Source: Motiliproteus sp. (GTDB lineage Bacteria; Pseudomonadota; Gammaproteobacteria; Pseudomonadales; Balneatricaceae). From it: a stretch of 64,000 nt of DNA. The notes under the pieces are model-generated. The model did not search any database. It had not been told where the DNA came from and worked only from the letters and a program-made list of their open reading frames with translations. The position numbers and the translations under genes are program-made. Positions 59,244 through 64,000 of this stretch are shown piece by piece. The stretch is from the NCBI GenBank assembly GCA_041586735.1, contig JBFGZQ010000013.1:23186-87185 (forward strand), read 5' to 3'. The first letter of the stretch is position 1. Every line of letters starts with the position of its first letter.

Positions 59244-61256
59244 CTATTTCAGCAGGTTACGCAGGCTGCTCAGCGTAGCCCGGCCCTGAGCTTGGTTCTC
59301 GACTTCGCAGCCGGGATCGCGCCCAAACCACTCCAGATCCTCTTCGGGTAACTCATCGAGAAAACGGCTCGGCACGGTGTCGATCACCTCGCCATACTGT
59401 TTACGCTGCCGCGTCAGGGTCATGGTCAGGGTCTTGCGCGCCCGGGTAATCCCGACATAGGCCAGGCGGCGCTCCTCCTCGACAAAGTCCTCTTCGATGC
59501 TATTGCGGTGCGGCAGTAGCTCCTCCTCCATGCCGATCAGATAGACATGCGGGTACTCGAGCCCTTTGGAGGCGTGCAGGGTCGATAGCTGGACCCGGTC
59601 ATCGTCATCGTCCTCCTCCTGCTGCTCGAGCATATCGATCAACAGCAACCGGGTCACCGCATCATCAATCTCGGCCTCGGGGTTATCTTCCTGCAAGCGC
59701 TCCAGGGTGCGCTGCAGCGAGTCGACCAGAAAGCCGACGTTGGCCATGCGCCGCTCCGCCTGGAGCTCGGAGTTGCAGTTCTGATAGGTCCAGGTTTCAT
59801 AATCGATATCGCGGATCATCTGTTTGATCACCTCGATCGGTTCACTCTGGTGACAACGCTGGTGCACCCCCTGCAACCAGCTGCTGAATTCATGCAGTTT
59901 GCCCTGGGCGCGCGTCGACAGCACCTGCGCGAGTCCCAGTTCGGTACTGGCCTGGAACATACTGATCTGGCGATCGCTGGCGTAACTCGCCAGCTTCTCC
60001 AGGGTACCGGGGCCGATCTCACGCCGGGGCAGGTTGATGATCCGCAAAAAGGCGTTATCGTCATCGGGATTAATCAGCACCTTGAGGTAACCCATGATGT
60101 CCTTGACCTCGGCGCGCGAGAAAAACGAGGTGCCGCCGCTGAGCTTGTAGGGGATCTGATTGGTCTGCAGCTTCATCTCGATCAGCCGTGACTGATGGTT
60201 GCCGCGATAGAGAATGGCGTAATCCCGATAGTGGTTTTGCAGCCTCAGACGTCGCTCGATGATATCGGCGGCGATCCGCTCGGCCTCGGCATCTTCATTA
60301 CGATTGACGATCACCCGCAACGGCTCGCCCATGCCCATATCACTCCACAGGGTTTTCTCAAACTCGTGGGGGTTATTCATGATCAACTGGTTAGCCGCCT
60401 TGAGGATGCGGCTGGTGGAGCGGTAATTCTGCTCCAGCATCACCACCTTCAACGCCGGAAAGTCACTCTTCAGCAACGCCAGATTCTCCGGTCGGGCACC
60501 GCGCCAGGCGTAGATAGACTGGTCATCATCGCCCACCACCGTCAAGCCGCCACGAATCCCCACCAACAGTTTAACCATCAGGTACTGACTGGTATTGGTA
60601 TCCTGATATTCATCCACCAGCAGATAGCGAATCTTGCGCTGCCAGCGCTCCAGCACATCGTTACGCTGCTGAAACAGCAGCGTGGGGATCAGGATCAGGT
60701 CGTCAAAATCGACCGCATTGTAGGCGCGCAGGCTGCGGTTATAACGGGCATAGACCCGCGCTGCCAGCTCTTCGTTACCATTTTGGGCCTGCTGGTAGGC
60801 GCGCTCAGGACCGACTAGATCATTCTTCCAACTGGAGATCAAATGCTGGACGGTATCGACCAGATCGGTCTCGTCCTGACCATCTTTTTGCATCAAGCTT
60901 TTAATCAGCGCGTTGCCATCCTGGGCATCAAAAATAGAAAACCCCGGCTTAAAACCCAGTAACTTATGCTCACGGCGGATGATCGTCAGCCCCAGATTAT
61001 GAAAGGTGGAGACCGTCAGCCCTCGCGAGGCGGGCCCCTTGACCAGTTTACCGACCCGCTCCTTCATCTCCCTTGAGGCTTTGTTGGTAAAGGTCACGGC
61101 GGCGATATGGTGCGCTTTGATGCCGCAGGCTTCGATCAGATAGGCGATCTTGCGGGTGATCACGCTGGTCTTACCGCTGCCGGCACCGGCCAACACCAAC
61201 AGAGGACCATCAACATATAACACCGCTTCTTTCTGGCGAGGATTGAGATTACTCAC
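59244..61256 (-). CDS. rep: ATP-dependent DNA helicase Rep (UvrD/Rep SF1 family)
   Basis: 670 aa with LNPRQKEAV...VLAGAGSGKTSVIT.KIAYLI, AVTFTNKASREMKERV and VDEYQDTN. The N-terminus closely parallels E. coli Rep as I recall it. Confidence 0.85.
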   Translation of the reverse strand: MSNLNPRQKEAVLYVDGPLLVLAGAGSGKTSVITRKIAYLIEACGIKAHHIAAVTFTNKASREMKERVGKLVKGPASRGLTVSTFHNLGLTIIRREHKLLGFKPGFSIFDAQDGNALIKSLMQKDGQDETDLVDTVQHLISSWKNDLVGPERAYQQAQNGNEELAARVYARYNRSLRAYNAVDFDDLILIPTLLFQQRNDVLERWQRKIRYLLVDEYQDTNTSQYLMVKLLVGIRGGLTVVGDDDQSIYAWRGARPENLALLKSDFPALKVVMLEQNYRSTSRILKAANQLIMNNPHEFEKTLWSDMGMGEPLRVIVNRNEDAEAERIAADIIERRLRLQNHYRDYAILYRGNHQSRLIEMKLQTNQIPYKLSGGTSFFSRAEVKDIMGYLKVLINPDDDNAFLRIINLPRREIGPGTLEKLASYASDRQISMFQASTELGLAQVLSTRAQGKLHEFSSWLQGVHQRCHQSEPIEVIKQMIRDIDYETWTYQNCNSELQAERRMANVGFLVDSLQRTLERLQEDNPEAEIDDAVTRLLLIDMLEQQEEDDDDDRVQLSTLHASKGLEYPHVYLIGMEEELLPHRNSIEEDFVEEERRLAYVGITRARKTLTMTLTRQRKQYGEVIDTVPSRFLDELPEEDLEWFGRDPGCEVENQAQGRATLSSLRNLLK

Positions 61257-61511
61257 AACGACTGGGTCTCTGATTAAATTATGGATAGGTCTGTCGATAG
61301 AACGGCCGGCACACTCTTCTTTGTGGACGCTATAACACTGAAGAGATAGCCAGCAGGGTCGATATTAGATAGATTGAAAATCTCTAGGGAGTGAGAATTC
61401 TACAGTCCAGGGCGTGAAAATCATACTAGCGGGACCTGTCGAGAACGCATGCCAACGGCCAAACCCTGTGAATCGGTGCTCATATCAGATCGATATGGAC
61501 ACCCGCACGGG

Positions 61512-63020
61512 TCAGCGCATCAGGGCACGATCCAGCTTGCGATAGCTCAGAGACTCTAACAGCTGGGATCGCTCCACCAGGCTGGAATCGGCCAGGTCAG
61601 CCAAGGTCCGCGCCACCCGCAGCACCCGATGGTAGGCACGCGCCGACAGTCCCAGCCTATTCAGCGCCTGCTCCATCATCAACCGATCATCCTGATTCAG
61701 CTGGCAGTCCTGCTCTACCTCGCGACCGCTGAGTTGGCAGTTAAGTTTGCCGCGACGCTGCTGTTGGCGCTGACGCGCCTGCTGTACCCGTTGCCGAACC
61801 TGCGCCGAGGTTTCAACGGCTACCACCTCGGCTGTTAACTCGCCCTCGGCTAATGCGGCCACCTCGATGTGCAGATCCAGTCGATCCAGCAAGGGGCCGG
61901 AGATTTTACTCTGATAACGACGCACCAGATCAGGGCTGCAGTGACAGCGCCCCCGAGGGTCACCGTAATAGCCACAGGGGCAGGGATTCATCGCCGCAAT
62001 CAGCTGAAAGCGAGCCGGGAACGTCACCTGGGCACGCGCTCGCGAGATACAGATCTGCCCCGACTCCAGCGGCTGACGCAACACCTCCAGCACCTTGCGA
62101 TCAAATTCGGTGAGCTCATCCAGAAACAACACCCCGTGGTTGGCGAGCGAAATTTCTCCTGGGCGAGGCATACTGCCACCGCCCACCAGCGCCACCCCCG
62201 AGACGGTATGATGGGGTTGCCGAAACGGCCGCTGCTGACTCAATACTGCGTCCGAAGACGGGGACGCCACCGAGCGTATCGATGCCACATCCAGATGCTC
62301 TTGCAGCGTCAACGGCGGTAACAACCCCGGTAGCCTGCTGGCCAGCATGGTTTTGCCGGTTCCTGGCGGCCCCACCATCAACAGACTATGACCACCCGCA
62401 GCCGCCACCTCCAGCGCCCGTTTCGCCTGAAACTGGCCTTTCACCTCAGCCAGGTCCAGATCAAAACAGGGCGCTGGTAGTCTTGGCGCCGGAGTGGGTT
62501 CGATCAGGGTATGGCCGAGCAGATGGGCGCAGACCTGCAGCAGATGGGGGGCGCCGATCACCCGTGCGCTGGTCACCAGTGCCGCCTCTTCGGCGCAGGC
62601 CGCCGGCAGCAGCAATGCTCGCCCGGCCACCGCGGCTTGAATCGCCACCGGTAGCGCCCCCGGAACCGCCCGTAGCTCACCCGACAGCGCCAGCTCTCCA
62701 ATCACCTCATACTGATCCAGCTGCGCTTGGGGAAGCTGCCCGGAGGCACAAAGAATCCCCAGGGCAATAGCCAGATCATAGCGACCGCCCTCTTTCGGCA
62801 GATCAGCCGGGGCCAGATTGACGGTGATCCGCCGCAGTGGATAGTCAAAGCGGGAGTTCAGCAACGCACTGCGCACCCGATCTTTCGACTCTTTGACGGC
62901 GGTCTCAGCCATGCCGACGATCGACAAACCCGGCAGACCATTACTCAGGTGGACTTCGACCGTCACTGCGGGGGCTTCTATGCCCAACAGGGCCCGGCTA
63001 TGGACGATAGCAAGTGACAT
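61512..63020 (-). CDS. comM: YifB/ComM-family Mg-chelatase-like AAA+ ATPase
   Basis: 502 aa with a Lon-protease-like N-domain, Walker A (GPPGTGKT), GVLFLDEL and a C-terminal ChlI-like region. Confidence 0.9.
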   Translation of the reverse strand: MSLAIVHSRALLGIEAPAVTVEVHLSNGLPGLSIVGMAETAVKESKDRVRSALLNSRFDYPLRRITVNLAPADLPKEGGRYDLAIALGILCASGQLPQAQLDQYEVIGELALSGELRAVPGALPVAIQAAVAGRALLLPAACAEEAALVTSARVIGAPHLLQVCAHLLGHTLIEPTPAPRLPAPCFDLDLAEVKGQFQAKRALEVAAAGGHSLLMVGPPGTGKTMLASRLPGLLPPLTLQEHLDVASIRSVASPSSDAVLSQQRPFRQPHHTVSGVALVGGGSMPRPGEISLANHGVLFLDELTEFDRKVLEVLRQPLESGQICISRARAQVTFPARFQLIAAMNPCPCGYYGDPRGRCHCSPDLVRRYQSKISGPLLDRLDLHIEVAALAEGELTAEVVAVETSAQVRQRVQQARQRQQQRRGKLNCQLSGREVEQDCQLNQDDRLMMEQALNRLGLSARAYHRVLRVARTLADLADSSLVERSQLLESLSYRKLDRALMR

Positions 63021-63084
63021 GGTTCTTCCTTGAACGCGCTGACCGATCTAAGCGGCGCGGCTAAGCGATGCTTCTAAATCCATG

Positions 63085-63354
63085 TTATGCCTTGCTGACA
63101 GGCACAGATTTTTCCAGCTCCGCGACCCGCTGCTCCAAAGCATCAACCAGACTACGAGTGCGCATCAACACCTCGTGCTGGGTATCAAACTCCTCCCGGG
63201 TGACCAGTTCCAGCCGGCTAAAGGCGCTCTGCACGACCAAATTAATGCTGTTGCGGATCTCCTGCTGAGTCTTTTTCGGGCCTTCGCCCAGTAGCTGAGT
63301 CAGCTGTTCATTCAGCCCCTCAAGCAATGTGGATGGGATCATCGCATGCTCCAA
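63085..63354 (-). CDS. ubiK: UbiK/YqiC-family (BMFP) coiled-coil protein
   Basis: About 85-89 aa, with a C-terminal leucine-zipper-like VTREEFDTQHEVLMRTRSLVDALEQRVAELE. The start may be the internal ATG at 63342. Confidence 0.6.
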   Translation of the reverse strand: MEHAMIPSTLLEGLNEQLTQLLGEGPKKTQQEIRNSINLVVQSAFSRLELVTREEFDTQHEVLMRTRSLVDALEQRVAELEKSVPVSKA

Positions 63355-63430
63355 TAATAATATGACAGTAGCCGCAGTCTAGCATGCGGACGCACAGCCT
63401 CAGCTATGATAATCGCAGCGGCGCTCATAA

Positions 63431-63447
63431 TGCACAGCATTGGTGCA
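63431..63447. promoter_or_regulatory. NtrC-type enhancer box upstream of glnK
   Basis: TGCACAGCATTGGTGCA is close to TGCACCA-N3-TGGTGCA, about 120 bp upstream of the sigma-54 promoter. Confidence 0.65.
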
Positions 63448-63563
63448 TGCACCGGCCTCGTGCTTAATGATTGTGCCCTGATAGAGACTACGCGGCATTA
63501 ATCGCAGCGTAAATCACCCCTCAAAAAAACCAATCCATTGTTTTATAAATATAAAAACAACAT

Positions 63564-63579
63564 TGGCACAGCTGATGCT
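63564..63579 (+). promoter_or_regulatory. Sigma-54 (-24/-12) promoter of glnK
   Basis: TGGCACAGCTGATGCT has GG and GC at canonical spacing, 117 bp upstream of the glnK ATG. Confidence 0.75.
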
Positions 63580-63584
63580 ATGAC

Positions 63585-63636
63585 CTAAGCAACAAGCCTA
63601 AGCAACAAGCCTATTCAACAAGCCTATTCAACAAGC
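63585..63636 (+). repeat. Four tandem 13-bp units in the glnK leader
   Basis: CTAAGCAACAAGC x2 is followed by CTATTCAACAAGC x2, located between the sigma-54 promoter and the ribosome-binding site. Confidence 0.9.
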
Positions 63637-63677
63637 ACTTGCTGACACTATCGTTCAAGCCGGTGTTTACCACTTAG

Positions 63678-64000
<323 letters not shown>

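Overview
This is a 64-kb window of a high-GC gammaproteobacterial chromosome. The gene order looks Pseudomonadales/Oceanospirillales-like, but the species cannot be named from sequence alone.

About 58 kb is densely packed, ordinary core genome:
- ctpA-envC-gpmI (-) facing rhodanese-grxC-secB-trmL (+), then ggt
- ntrC-ntrB-glnA (-) with recognisable NtrC boxes and a sigma-54 promoter
- typA, pip, dtd, phnA, corA, xseB-ispA-dxs, ribA
- the nrdR-ribD-ribE-ribBA-ribH-nusB-thiL-pgpA block, glyA, hsp20, ettA
- a csp gene, yfhL, coaD, and a TonB-receptor/PBP-like/hybrid-kinase operon
- elbB, recG, rep, comM, ubiK and the 5' part of glnK

Two accessory insertions stand out.
1. A RelE/ParE-Phd toxin-antitoxin islet lies between ggt and ntrC.
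2. A 5.7-kb AT-rich island (35271-40969) is inserted into the 3' end of ettA.
   - The island supplies a surrogate 87-nt ettA 3' end plus a terminator.
   - The original, host-codon-usage 3' end and its terminator are displaced to 40970-41112.
   - A 554-aa large serine recombinase gene starts 50 bp from the right junction.
   - The island also carries a small resolvase/invertase-type serine recombinase, a transposase N-terminal fragment and two unknown AT-rich cargo genes.

The least-explained signal is a 1.25-kb ORF-free segment (38002-39254) between the two recombinase genes. It is packed with 12-bp-phased repeat arrays, one of which shares TAACTAC with the reconstructed attP-side integration core.

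No rRNA, tRNA or CRISPR array was recognised. All family calls rest on motif recognition in the supplied translations and on hand alignment. No database search or computation was possible.
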